Of a DNA stretch of 64,000 nucleotides, positions 17,950 to 27,154 are shown piece after piece (the first letter of the stretch is position 1; every line of letters starts with the position of its first letter). The notes under the pieces were generated by a model that was not told the DNA's origin, made no database searches, and saw only the letters and a list, made by a program, of their open reading frames with translations. Source of the stretch: Vulcanimicrobiota bacterium. GTDB lineage: Bacteria; Vulcanimicrobiota; Vulcanimicrobiia; Vulcanimicrobiales; Vulcanimicrobiaceae. A program made the position numbers and the translations under genes. The stretch spans positions 11,009-75,008 of the forward strand of contig CAVZQC010000003.1 in NCBI GenBank assembly GCA_963777315.1, written 5' to 3'.

Positions 17950-18934
17950 TAAACACGGCAAGATACTTCTAACGGGAGTGAAGCCGACCGGAAAGCCCCA
18001 CTTGGGAAACTATCTCGGCGCGATGCGACCTGCGTTGGCTCTGGCAAAGAATGGATCGGCCATGCTTTTTATCGCAAACTATCACGCCTTGACGACCGTG
18101 ATCGATGCCGGCCAACTGCGTTGCTTTACATACGATGTTGCCGCATCGTGGCTCGCTGCGGGCCTGGATCCCGAACGCGTGGTCTTCTATCGCCAATCCG
18201 ACGTGCCTGAAACGTTCGAGCTGTTCTGGCTGCTTTGCTGCACGACGCCGAAGGGAATGATGAATCGCGCGCATGCGTACAAGGCGATCGTCGATGAGGA
18301 TTTGGCCCTCGGACGCGCCACCGACGCCCACGTTAACATGGGCACCTATGGCTATCCGATTCTGATGGCGGCAGACATCCTGCTTTTCGATGCCAATCTC
18401 GTCCCAGTAGGAACAGACCAGACGCAGCACGTCGAAATGGCGCGCGACATCGCGCAACGGTTCAACCGTTCGTTCGGCCCGGTCTTGACCGTTCCAGAAC
18501 TGCTCCTGAGCTGCGATCATGACCCCTTTCTTGGCATCGACGGCCGCAAGATGAGCAAGTCCTTCGATAATGCTATCCCACTATTTGCTTCGAGCGACGA
18601 ATTGCAAAAGCTGCTGGGTGCCTATAAGACCGACAGCACCGATGCCCGCGCGCCGAAGGATCCCGGTACAAACGGCCTATTTAGCATTTACGCAGAATTT
18701 GTCGACGCGGAAAAAGCAGCCGCTGTGCGCAAGGCGCTCCTCGAAGGTGACATGTCTTGGGCCGACCTCAAGTGCCTCACGTTTGAAACCGTCGACGAAG
18801 AGCTTTCTCCACTGCGGCAGCGCTACGATAGAATGCGCGATGATGTGGCCATGCTGGAACACACGCTTACTCGTGGAGGGGCAAGGCGCGTGCAATTGCA
18901 CGAAACACCATGTGTCGCGTGCGCGACGCAATAG
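17942..18934 (+). CDS. trpS: Tryptophan--tRNA ligase
   Basis: KILLTGVKPTGKPHLGNYLGA (HIGH-type region) and GRKMSKS (KMSKS). The start is placed at TTG 17942, overlapping the upstream stop; the longer ORF from 17702 lies inside the Rieske gene. Confidence 0.9.
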   Translation: MVDKHGKILLTGVKPTGKPHLGNYLGAMRPALALAKNGSAMLFIANYHALTTVIDAGQLRCFTYDVAASWLAAGLDPERVVFYRQSDVPETFELFWLLCCTTPKGMMNRAHAYKAIVDEDLALGRATDAHVNMGTYGYPILMAADILLFDANLVPVGTDQTQHVEMARDIAQRFNRSFGPVLTVPELLLSCDHDPFLGIDGRKMSKSFDNAIPLFASSDELQKLLGAYKTDSTDARAPKDPGTNGLFSIYAEFVDAEKAAAVRKALLEGDMSWADLKCLTFETVDEELSPLRQRYDRMRDDVAMLEHTLTRGGARRVQLHETPCVACATQ

Positions 18935-18954
18935 GCGTCGGGCAGGCGTACGAG

Positions 18955-19854
18955 CTACGGTGACCGCCGCAGTGTCGCGCGGAACATGTCTTTGTCGGCG
19001 ATGGAATAGTACAGGTAAATCGCATCGCCTTCTTCCACCGAGGAAGCCGCAAAGGCGATATCGGTATCACTTGTCTCGCGCGGAGGAGGCGGCGTAATCA
19101 TCGGTTCTTCGCAACGCGCAACGATACGAGTATACCTTGCGTCGAAGACGGCCCAACCGATTCGCCATTGCGCCTCTCTGGTCGCGCCGTTATAGAACAT
19201 GACCGGCCGCTCTGGATCCGTAGCGAGCACGGGTCCTGTGCTCAGGTGCCACGAGTCCCACCGTTCCGGCCGCGAATCGAAGAATGAGGGCAGCACTTGC
19301 CACGGACCATCGACGGCGGGGGCGGATGCAATGCCAATTTTCGATGCGGCCTCGAAAGCGTACTCGAAAAAGAGTCGCCACGTGCCATCCGCAACCCGGG
19401 CAATCGTTGCTTCCTTTGGGTTTTGGCGCTGCGGCGCCGAAGAAAGCACGACCCCTCGCTTTTCTAAATGTTCGACGTCGGGCCCGGCACCGAGCAACAG
19501 TTGCCCACGCTTGAATGTTTGGTTCCAGCCGGTGTAATAGACGTAGCATGTTCCGTCGACTCTCGCCAGTGTCGGATCTTCGCATCCGTCTTTGTCGTCG
19601 TCACCGGGGCCCGGCGCAATCACCGGATGATCCCCCATGCTGAAGTGCAAACCATCGCGCGAGCGGCCGTAGTAGACGCGGGCAACCTTTTCGGCTGCAA
19701 TCGTCGAGCGATTGACGGCGCGCAGTAAGAGTCCATACTGCGGTCCCTGCCGCCACACGAACGGACTGAGCGTGTACATCTGGGCAAGCGGGCTGTTCCG
19801 CTTCAACTCAAGTGACGTAATTTCTGCGACCGCGAAACCCGGTGTCTGAGCCAT
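18955..19854 (-). CDS. GH130/DUF377-like five-bladed beta-propeller glycosidase/phosphorylase family protein
   Basis: GCEDPTLARVDGTCYVYYTGW...IGIASAPAVDGPW...WDSWHLSTGP...MFYNGA...IGWAVFD...YLYYS. Family level only. Confidence 0.65.
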   Translation of the reverse strand: MAQTPGFAVAEITSLELKRNSPLAQMYTLSPFVWRQGPQYGLLLRAVNRSTIAAEKVARVYYGRSRDGLHFSMGDHPVIAPGPGDDDKDGCEDPTLARVDGTCYVYYTGWNQTFKRGQLLLGAGPDVEHLEKRGVVLSSAPQRQNPKEATIARVADGTWRLFFEYAFEAASKIGIASAPAVDGPWQVLPSFFDSRPERWDSWHLSTGPVLATDPERPVMFYNGATREAQWRIGWAVFDARYTRIVARCEEPMITPPPPRETSDTDIAFAASSVEEGDAIYLYYSIADKDMFRATLRRSP

Positions 19855-20031
19855 TATCCATTCCCCTCAAACCTTCGTGCATCACAGCCCAAAACTGCTG
19901 ACGATAAATATTCCCGCTGCAACGCTTACGGCTAACGTCCTCGCCCAGCCGGCGGCCTTGAGCCATGGCGAAAAGGGCCTGCCTTGCATCACTTTCTGAT
20001 CTCCCGCTTGCGAGCGGCATGAAGACGAGCG

Positions 20032-20271
20032 TTATCGGTGTGGCGATGCCGCCGGAGATCGAACTGATGAAAAGCAGCCGTATCGGCTGATGGCTTGCAC
20101 GGCCGCAAGCATGGGGATCGCGAGCAACACCAGCCAGCCTAGTCCGTAGGCCGTTGTCGACCCGATAACAGCCAGCGTCGCAACGGTCGTCGGATCATTG
20201 TCCGATGCCGCCGAAATGATGCCCGGACCATTGAACGCAAGAAGCCGGACCTGCCCCGCTGAGGGGATCAC
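20032..20271 (-). pseudogene. N-terminal fragment of an NRAMP/MntH-type metal transporter gene
   Basis: The 79-aa ORF reads LLAFNGPGIISAASDNDPTTVATLAVIGSTTAYGLGWLVLLAIPMLAAVQAIS, the conserved first two helices, then stops. No remainder of the roughly 400-aa protein is visible. Confidence 0.55.
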
Positions 20272-20363
20272 CGCTTGCGCCTTCTTTTCTGCCGGGCAAG
20301 ATTCATCGTTTTTGCCGTTACCCAGCGCGTGTAAGCGAAACGGCGCTTGGGCATGGGAAGACC

Positions 20364-20771
20364 ATGGAACAAAACGAAAACGTTGTTCTCCAAGAGCGCT
20401 TCGGGCAGGCCGTTAACTCAGGCGATTTCAGCGCCTTCAATCAGATCGTCGCGCCCGATGTTCTCGACCACGATCCAGCTCCCGCTCAGAGAGCCGGGCC
20501 CGAGGGCTACAAGGATTTCTTCGGCGCGCTCCGCACCGCGTTTCCGGACCTGAAAATCAGCGTCGACCACCTCGTCGCAGGCGGCGACTCCGTCGCAATA
20601 GCGTACACCATCACCGGGACGCATCGCGGCAACCTCCTCGACCATGCCGCGACGGGCAAGCCGGTCAGCGCGCGCGGCGTGCAGATAGCGCGCTTTCGGC
20701 AGGGCAAAATGGTCGAACGCTGGGGAAGTTCCGATCAGCTCGGTATTCTCCAGCAAATCGGCGCGGTTTAA
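20364..20771 (+). CDS. SnoaL-like ester cyclase family protein
   Basis: DHDPAP...GPEGYKDFFGALRTAFPDLKISVDHLVAGGDSVAIAYTITGTHRG...G...ATGKPVSARGVQIARF..GKMVERWGSSD. Confidence 0.85.
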   Translation: MEQNENVVLQERFGQAVNSGDFSAFNQIVAPDVLDHDPAPAQRAGPEGYKDFFGALRTAFPDLKISVDHLVAGGDSVAIAYTITGTHRGNLLDHAATGKPVSARGVQIARFRQGKMVERWGSSDQLGILQQIGAV

Positions 20772-20858
20772 AAGCGATCGTCTGTCTGGACGGACCGGCC
20801 GAGCCGGATCACGTGGGGCGGACGGATGGGTCGCTCGCGTGAGCCGAGAGAGGCGTAA

Positions 20859-22214
20859 ATGATGGAGCAACTCTTCGACCTTGTGGTCATCGGCACGGGA
20901 AGTGCCGGACAGACCGTTGCGCAGCGGTGCCGTAAAGCCGGCTGGAGTGTGGCCATCGTCGATCGCCTGCCCTTCGGCGGTACGTGCGCGTTGCGCGGCT
21001 GCGATCCCAAGAAGGTTCTCGTGGACGTTGCGCGGTTGGTCGCTTGGAGCGAACGGATGCACGAGCGCGGCGTTGTGACGCAGCCGCTCCATATTGATTG
21101 GACCGAACTCATGCGCTTCAAGCGCACGTTTACCGATTCTGTTCCCGAGGAGCGTGAACGTGCGTACGCGGAAAGCGGTATCGTGCCGTTTCATGCGCAG
21201 GCACGGTTCGTCGACCGCGATCGCGTTGCGGTCGGCGAACACGTGCTGATTGCAAAACACGTCGTTATCGCCAGTGGAGCAAAACCGGCACCCTTGCATA
21301 TCGACGGAGAAGAGCATCTCGCGACGAGCACGGATTTTCTCGAGCTCGAAAATCTGCCGAAGCGCCTGATCTTCCTGGGCGGCGGATTCATTTCGTTTGA
21401 GTTTGCGCATGTCGCGGCCCGCGCGGGCGCGCAAACGCGCATCCTCGAACGCGAGCCACGCGTGCTCGCCCAGTTCGATGGCGACCTCGTTGAGCGTCTC
21501 GTTCTGGCGACACGCGAGCGCAGCATCGAAGTTGATCTCGAAACGACGGTTACGGCGATAGAGAAAACTGATGGAGACTTCATCGTACGTGCTACCCGAG
21601 GCGGGAAACCGCTTGAACTGCACGCCGATCTCGTCGTACACGGCGGCGGCCGCGTACCGGACGTCGATGATCTGCAACTTGCGGCCGGGAGTGTCGCTCG
21701 TATCGGTGCAGGTATCGAGGTGAATGAATACTTGCAAAGCACGAGCAACCCGGCTGTGTATGCGGCCGGCGATTGCGCCGCCGGCGGAGGAGCCCCGCTT
21801 ACACCGGTCTCGGCGTTGGAAGGCGAGCTGGTGGCAGAGAACCTGCTGGGCGGAAACACACGAACGGCCGATTTCGCCGGACTGGCAAGCATGGTATATG
21901 CAATCCCGCCGCTCGCGATGGTCGGGTTGACGGAGGAGACCGCTCGCACCCAAGGACGAAAAGTGCGCGTTCAGTGCGGCGACACTTCGCAATGGTACTC
22001 CTCCCGCCGTGTTGGCGCAAAGCACACTGCGTACAAGATTGTCTTCGACGACGACCGCAATGAGATCGCCGGTGCGCATATCTTGGGCTTCGATGCGGAA
22101 GAACTTGGCAACATTTGTTCACTCGCAATCCGGGCTAAGGTCAAGGCATCCTCCATACCCGGCGTGCTTTTCGCCTATCCGACCGGCGCCTCGGAGCTCC
22201 AATACATGCTATAG
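20859..22214 (+). CDS. FAD-dependent pyridine nucleotide-disulfide oxidoreductase (glutathione-reductase/mercuric-reductase-like)
   Basis: FDLVVIGTGSAGQTVA...GGTCALRGCDPKKVL (redox-active CxxxxC), a second GGGFISFEFA dinucleotide fold, and a C-terminal dimerisation region. Confidence 0.9.
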   Translation: MMEQLFDLVVIGTGSAGQTVAQRCRKAGWSVAIVDRLPFGGTCALRGCDPKKVLVDVARLVAWSERMHERGVVTQPLHIDWTELMRFKRTFTDSVPEERERAYAESGIVPFHAQARFVDRDRVAVGEHVLIAKHVVIASGAKPAPLHIDGEEHLATSTDFLELENLPKRLIFLGGGFISFEFAHVAARAGAQTRILEREPRVLAQFDGDLVERLVLATRERSIEVDLETTVTAIEKTDGDFIVRATRGGKPLELHADLVVHGGGRVPDVDDLQLAAGSVARIGAGIEVNEYLQSTSNPAVYAAGDCAAGGGAPLTPVSALEGELVAENLLGGNTRTADFAGLASMVYAIPPLAMVGLTEETARTQGRKVRVQCGDTSQWYSSRRVGAKHTAYKIVFDDDRNEIAGAHILGFDAEELGNICSLAIRAKVKASSIPGVLFAYPTGASELQYML

Positions 22215-22229
22215 AATGAGTATTGCCGT

Positions 22230-22649
22230 TTACAGCACCGGATAGCCCAGGCCGCCGCCCCAATAGGGTGCGTAACCGTAGTAGCCGTAGTACGGGCCCC
22301 AGAACTCGGGGTTTCGGATCTCATCGAGCTTCGGATCGTATGCAGGCGAGTTCACAACGTGCTCGCGCGTGTGCTTAATGCTCACCGCGTCCGGGGTAAT
22401 GCTCGAAACCGCTTCGACGGGAATCAAGAAGTGGCGCTCGCCTAGTCCAAGAAAACCACCTGCGGCAACTTGGAGCATCCGGACTTTTCTCTTGTCTTGA
22501 TCGATGAACAGATCACTGACGTGCCCGATGTCTTCGCCGTGCTGATCCAGCACTTTTCGTTCTCGAATGTCTTGGTCCGGCGCTGAAACGGTGAGGTTCG
22601 CGTCGCTTAATTTGACGAGGACATCTTTTTCTTGCGAGTCTTGTGGCAT
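22230..22649 (-). CDS. PRC-barrel domain protein with a Gly/Tyr-rich C-terminal tail
   Basis: Start at Met 115 of ORF 22230..22991, preceded by an AGGA Shine-Dalgarno. VLDQHGEDIGHVSDLFIDQDKRKVRMLQVAAGGFLGLGERHFLIPVEAV, with the tail WGPYYGYYGYAPYWGGGLGYPVL. Confidence 0.8.
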   Translation of the reverse strand: MPQDSQEKDVLVKLSDANLTVSAPDQDIRERKVLDQHGEDIGHVSDLFIDQDKRKVRMLQVAAGGFLGLGERHFLIPVEAVSSITPDAVSIKHTREHVVNSPAYDPKLDEIRNPEFWGPYYGYYGYAPYWGGGLGYPVL

Positions 22650-22761
22650 CAAACTGTCCTTTAGGTAGCGGCACGAAGCGCCGCTACCTACATAATAGGT
22701 CATCGGCGTACCCCTTTCCGCGCGGTTTCGAACGGCCGCGGTTGTGCCGAACCGCTTTTTT

Positions 22762-22810
22762 CCGCTGTCTAAAACCGCACAGATTCCCCGCTTCCTGTGG
22801 CTTAAAATGG
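22762..22810 (-). promoter_or_regulatory. Conserved intergenic element, copy 4 (CCATTTTAA-N19-CTGTGCGGTTTTAGACAGCGG)
   Basis: Same 3' box and 19-nt spacing as the other copies. Lies upstream of the PRC-barrel gene. Confidence 0.55.
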
Positions 22811-22846
22811 GGTTTTCAGGCCACCGGTACCCTGCGCGGAGCGCCC

Positions 22847-23212
22847 ATGCTTTTGAGCAATCGGCCTCGGACAATATCGCTGCTCGCCCTCCTGATACCG
22901 CTGGTGAGCGCATGTTCGCACGGCACAAGTTCTCAAAGTCCAACATCCCGCTTGTCGCCTTCGGCAACGCAGCTTTCGGGCAGTGTTTCACGAGGCGCCG
23001 TCGTGTTTGCCACCAACTGCGCGGTTTGCCATGGAGCTTCCGGAAAGCAGGGGGGCGTCGGCCCGTCCCTTGCTTACGAACGCGGCCGAAAGAATGACGC
23101 CGCGACCATTTCCTGGATCAAAAACCCGGCGCCGCCGATGCCCAAACTCTACCCCTCGCCTTTGAGCGCGCAAGACGTTGTGGACGTCGCCGCCTACGTG
23201 CAGTCGTTATAG
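22847..23212 (+). CDS. Monoheme class I cytochrome c lipoprotein
   Basis: Internal Met of ORF 22643..23212. Lipobox LVSAC, heme motif NCAVCHG, and a distal PPMP Met region. Confidence 0.8.
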   Translation: MLLSNRPRTISLLALLIPLVSACSHGTSSQSPTSRLSPSATQLSGSVSRGAVVFATNCAVCHGASGKQGGVGPSLAYERGRKNDAATISWIKNPAPPMPKLYPSPLSAQDVVDVAAYVQSL

Positions 23213-23227
23213 CAGTGGAGCGTTTTT

Positions 23228-23953
23228 ATGGCTGATGGTAAGACCGCACCGATCGATCGCCGCGGCTTTTTGAAGACGAGCGCCGCGGGGCTGTTGCTTG
23301 GAACGAGCGCGGTCGGCGGATGCGCGCCGAAGATGGCCGATACTTCAACCAACGCGGCGCAGGAAGCCCGACGAACCGCTCTGCTTTTTTTCACGCAGAC
23401 GGAAGCGAACACGGTCATCGCCATGGCCGAACGCGTCTTCCCGGCTGACGCAAACGGTCCCGGCGCAACCGATACGCACGTGATGCAGTTTTTGGACCGT
23501 CGATTGGACGGCGCGTATGGACTCGGCGCGACGATGTACCTGCAGGGGCCGTTTGTCAAACCGCAGACGAGCGGGCACGGGTGGCAGATTCCCGCCACAC
23601 CGCGGGACGTCTATCGCGATGCCATCGCGGCTATAAACGTGTTCGCTTCCGCTAAACACGGAAGCCAATTTTACAATATCCCCATCGAGCAGCAAGATGC
23701 GGTTCTTGCTGCTGCCGAGAAGGGCCACATCGACTCCTTCCATATCTTTAAGTCGGACGACTTTATGACGCTGTTCATCACGCATGTTACCCAAGGGTTG
23801 TTTGCCGATCCCCTCTACGCCGGAAACTACGGCGTAGTCGGATGGAAATTCATAGGATTTCCCGGCGACCCCATGGCGTACGGCGATCAATATGAAAAAT
23901 TGATCGATCAGTACAAGACGTCTTACAACGTAACGCCGGAGCCGTTACAGTGA
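23228..23953 (+). CDS. Gluconate 2-dehydrogenase subunit 3 family protein (Tat-exported small subunit)
   Basis: Twin-arginine motif DRRGFLKTSAAGLLLG. FFTQTEANTVIAMAERVFPAD is typical of this family. Overlaps the next gene by 4 nt. Confidence 0.85.
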   Translation: MADGKTAPIDRRGFLKTSAAGLLLGTSAVGGCAPKMADTSTNAAQEARRTALLFFTQTEANTVIAMAERVFPADANGPGATDTHVMQFLDRRLDGAYGLGATMYLQGPFVKPQTSGHGWQIPATPRDVYRDAIAAINVFASAKHGSQFYNIPIEQQDAVLAAAEKGHIDSFHIFKSDDFMTLFITHVTQGLFADPLYAGNYGVVGWKFIGFPGDPMAYGDQYEKLIDQYKTSYNVTPEPLQ

Positions 23954-25695
23954 TTACGCATAAAGAGGTGGACGCCGTGACGATCGGCGTGGGCTGGACC
24001 GGTGGAATCTTAGCCGCCGAGTTGACGAAAGCGGGGCACACGGTCGTCGGCCTCGAACGCGGCGGTCCGCGCACCACCCAAGATTGGCAAAACGATCACG
24101 ATGAGCTGCGCTTCGCCGTCGATAATGCCCTGATGCAGAAGATGGCCGTCGAGAGTTGGACGCTGCGCCATGACCTACGCGAAACGGCACTCCCGTTTCG
24201 GCAACTCGGTTCCTTTCTGCCCGGGATTGGCGTTGGCGGTGCCGGAGTCCATTGGAACGGCCAGACGTACCGATTCCATCCCAGCGACTTCATCATGCGA
24301 AGCCATCTGATCCAGCGGTACGGCAAGCAAATGCTCCCTGCCGATTGCACGATTGCCGACTGGGGCATCACGTGGACTGAGATCGAGCCGTACTACGACA
24401 AATTCGAATATATGGCCGGCGTTGCGGGCAAGGCCGGCAACGTCAAAGGCAAGATCATCGCGGGCGGCAATCCCTTCGAAGGTCCCCGTGCACGCGATTA
24501 CGCGTTACCGCCCGCCAAGCTCGCGGAAACGACGGTACTCTGGGGCCAAGGCTGCACTAAAATGGGATACCACCCCTTCCCGCAACCGTCGTCAAATTTG
24601 CCGGAAGCCTATACGAATCCCGACGGCATCGCTCGTGCGGCCTGCACCTACTGCGGCTTTTGCGAGCGCTTTGGCTGTGAAGTCGGAGCCAAAGCGGATC
24701 CGACCGTCACCGTATTGCCGGTTGCGCAACGCAGCGGGAAATATGAATTGCGCACGGGCGTTAACGTCATCCGCATTAACCACGACGGGAAGCGCGCGCG
24801 CAGCGTCACGTATATCGACCGCCTGGGTGAGGAACACGAACAGCCCGCGCACATCATCCTGCTCACGGCGTTCGTTTTCAATAACTGCAAACTGCTGCTC
24901 GTTTCGAAGATGGGTCGGCCGTACGACCCGCACAGCGGCCAAGGCGTCGTGGGCCGCAACTACGCCTATCAAACGACGCAAGGCCACACGGGCTTTTTCG
25001 ATGATAAGTCGTTTAAGCGCTACATGGGCTCAGGCGCGAATGCGGTGACGATCGACGACTTCAACGCCGATAACTACGACCATCACGGCCTCGGCTTTTT
25101 CGGCGGCGGTTCGATCTACTGTCAAAACACTGGGGCGCGGCCAATAACGCAAGTGAGCGTCCCTGAGGGTACGCCGAAGTGGGGCGCACGGTGGAAGGCA
25201 GCGCTCAAAAAGTATTACGACGCGCAAATGGAGATCGTCTATCAGGGGGAGAGCCCATCATATCGAGCGCACAGTTTGGATCTCGATCCGACCTACCGCG
25301 ACGCCTACGGGCTCCCGCTCACGCGCATCACGTTCGACTACACCGAGAACGAGCGCAAGATGGTACGGTTCGGCGCAGACAAAGTGCGAGGCATTCTGCA
25401 TGCGGCGGGCGCTTCGCACATGAACGTGCATCCCGAACTCGAGCCGCACTACAGCACCGTCCGCTATCAAACCACGCATAATGTCGGCGGCTGCATCATG
25501 GGAAACGATCCCGGCAATTCAGTCGTCAATAACTATCTGCAGATGTGGGATTTTGACAACGTCTTTGTCATCGGCGCCTCCGCTTTTCCGCAGAATGCGG
25601 GATTCAATCCAACCGATACCGTTGGCGCCCTTTCATATCGGGCTGCGGACGGAATCATCAATCATTACATGAAGAAACCCGGACCGTTGGTCTAA
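23950..25695 (+). CDS. GMC-family FAD oxidoreductase (large subunit of a gluconate-2-dehydrogenase-type enzyme)
   Basis: VDAVTIGVGWTGGILAAEL...CTYCGFCERFGCEVGAK...HNVGGCIMG...NVFVIGASAFPQN. Confidence 0.9.
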   Translation: MITHKEVDAVTIGVGWTGGILAAELTKAGHTVVGLERGGPRTTQDWQNDHDELRFAVDNALMQKMAVESWTLRHDLRETALPFRQLGSFLPGIGVGGAGVHWNGQTYRFHPSDFIMRSHLIQRYGKQMLPADCTIADWGITWTEIEPYYDKFEYMAGVAGKAGNVKGKIIAGGNPFEGPRARDYALPPAKLAETTVLWGQGCTKMGYHPFPQPSSNLPEAYTNPDGIARAACTYCGFCERFGCEVGAKADPTVTVLPVAQRSGKYELRTGVNVIRINHDGKRARSVTYIDRLGEEHEQPAHIILLTAFVFNNCKLLLVSKMGRPYDPHSGQGVVGRNYAYQTTQGHTGFFDDKSFKRYMGSGANAVTIDDFNADNYDHHGLGFFGGGSIYCQNTGARPITQVSVPEGTPKWGARWKAALKKYYDAQMEIVYQGESPSYRAHSLDLDPTYRDAYGLPLTRITFDYTENERKMVRFGADKVRGILHAAGASHMNVHPELEPHYSTVRYQTTHNVGGCIMGNDPGNSVVNNYLQMWDFDNVFVIGASAFPQNAGFNPTDTVGALSYRAADGIINHYMKKPGPLV

Positions 25696-25729
25696 TGGGG
25701 CACGATGGCGCACCTCGCTCGGATCTCGC

Positions 25730-26635
25730 GTGAGCGTGCGCGTCACCATCACGCCCGTTGCGCCGTATCGCCTGGACTTGACGGCTCAGGCCTTGCGCCG
25801 CGTGAACAGCAACCTCGTCGACGTCCTCACGCCCGATGGAACGTATTTACGGGCGTTGCGCGGCGACGGCTGCGTCAACATCGTTGAAGCGCAACAAGAA
25901 CCGGACGGACCCCTCGCGGTGCGGATTAGCGGACGCGGCGCCGGCGCGCATGTGGAAACCGTCAGCACGATCTTGGGGACGGATGTTGACCTGCGCCGTT
26001 GGTACCGCCGCGTTGCGCGGTTCCCTTGGTTAGCCGCCCTTGCTCGAGATCTTCGCGGCGTGAAGCCCCCACGCTATCCGGGGTTGTGGGAGGCCCTGTG
26101 CAACGGGATCGTGTTCCAGCAGCTGAGCATAGCGGCCGCCTCCACGGCCATGCGGCGGCTTGTGGAGCGCTTCTCGGAGCCCCTGGAACACCGCGGCGTT
26201 GCGCTTCGCGCCTTTCCGTCCCCGGATGTGATCGTGCAGGCTGACGATCACGACCTGTTGAGCTTGGGATTGAGCCGCCAAAAAGTGACGTATCTGAAGG
26301 GTGCCGCCGCAACGGTGATGTCGGGCGCGATTACCTCTGCACGCATTGAATCACTCCCGACGCCGCAGGCGCTCATAGAGTTGCAAACGCTCGACGGGAT
26401 CGGGCGCTGGAGCGCCGCGAACATCTTACTGCGCGGCTTCGGGCGTCTGGACGTGTTCCCAATGGGCGACACTGGCGTAGCACGGAACATCAATCTCCTA
26501 TCCGGCGATCCGCGCATTAGCCTGGACGAGGTCCTCCTTGCGCTCGGCGATATGCAAGGGATGCTGTACTTTCACCTCCTGCTCGGCAAACTGCGCAGTC
26601 GCCCGGCATTTTCACCGGCAGCGGCTGTGAATTGA
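25730..26635 (+). CDS. DNA-3-methyladenine glycosylase II (AlkA-like, HhH-GPD superfamily)
   Basis: GTG start. GIVFQQLSIAAAST...LDGIGRWSAANILLRGFGRLDVFPMGDTGV. Confidence 0.8.
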   Translation: MSVRVTITPVAPYRLDLTAQALRRVNSNLVDVLTPDGTYLRALRGDGCVNIVEAQQEPDGPLAVRISGRGAGAHVETVSTILGTDVDLRRWYRRVARFPWLAALARDLRGVKPPRYPGLWEALCNGIVFQQLSIAAASTAMRRLVERFSEPLEHRGVALRAFPSPDVIVQADDHDLLSLGLSRQKVTYLKGAAATVMSGAITSARIESLPTPQALIELQTLDGIGRWSAANILLRGFGRLDVFPMGDTGVARNINLLSGDPRISLDEVLLALGDMQGMLYFHLLLGKLRSRPAFSPAAAVN

Positions 26636-27154
26636 ATGACAAAAGGCCAAGACATTCTGCTCGCATTCGCTATCGCCGCAGCCATGGCTGTTGCGTTGAT
26701 GCTTGCTATAGCCTTCAGCACATTGGGCCGCACCGCCGATTCATCAACGCGAGAACACGGCGCACGCACACTGCGCCGCTGGTGGTTTGTCGCGCTGCTC
26801 GGCGCGGTTATCGCATCATTTGTTATCTCGATCCGCTGGTTTCCGTATCCCACCGTGGCCGAAAGTGCATCGTCTCGGCATTTTTCCGTTGTCGCATTTC
26901 AATATCACTTTCAAGTCCCGGCGGAGGTCCCCGTGAATACGCATATCATCTTTGATGTGACTTCCGCAGACGTCAACCACGGCTTCGGCATCTACGATCC
27001 GCAAGGTACGCTGCTGGGGCAAGTGCAGGCGATGCCCAACTACACCAATCATCTGCCGTTCTATTTCAGTCGAATAGGTCGCTACACGATTCGCTGCCTG
27101 GAATATTGCGGCATCGGACACCCCGCGATGCTTGCCGTGTTCCGGGTGCAATGA
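26636..27154 (+). CDS. Heme-copper oxidase subunit II (cupredoxin with a CuA site, no fused cytochrome c)
   Basis: Two N-terminal TM helices. HGFGIYD ... CLEYCGIGHPAM fits the CuA pattern H...CxExCxxxHxxM. Confidence 0.8.
   Translation: MTKGQDILLAFAIAAAMAVALMLAIAFSTLGRTADSSTREHGARTLRRWWFVALLGAVIASFVISIRWFPYPTVAESASSRHFSVVAFQYHFQVPAEVPVNTHIIFDVTSADVNHGFGIYDPQGTLLGQVQAMPNYTNHLPFYFSRIGRYTIRCLEYCGIGHPAMLAVFRVQ

Noticed and set aside
20418-22079. 553-aa ORF on the minus strand
   Set aside because: It lies antisense to the clearly recognisable FAD-dependent disulfide oxidoreductase (20859..22214). Its translation is Arg/Ala-rich with no recognisable motifs. This is a typical shadow ORF in GC-rich DNA.
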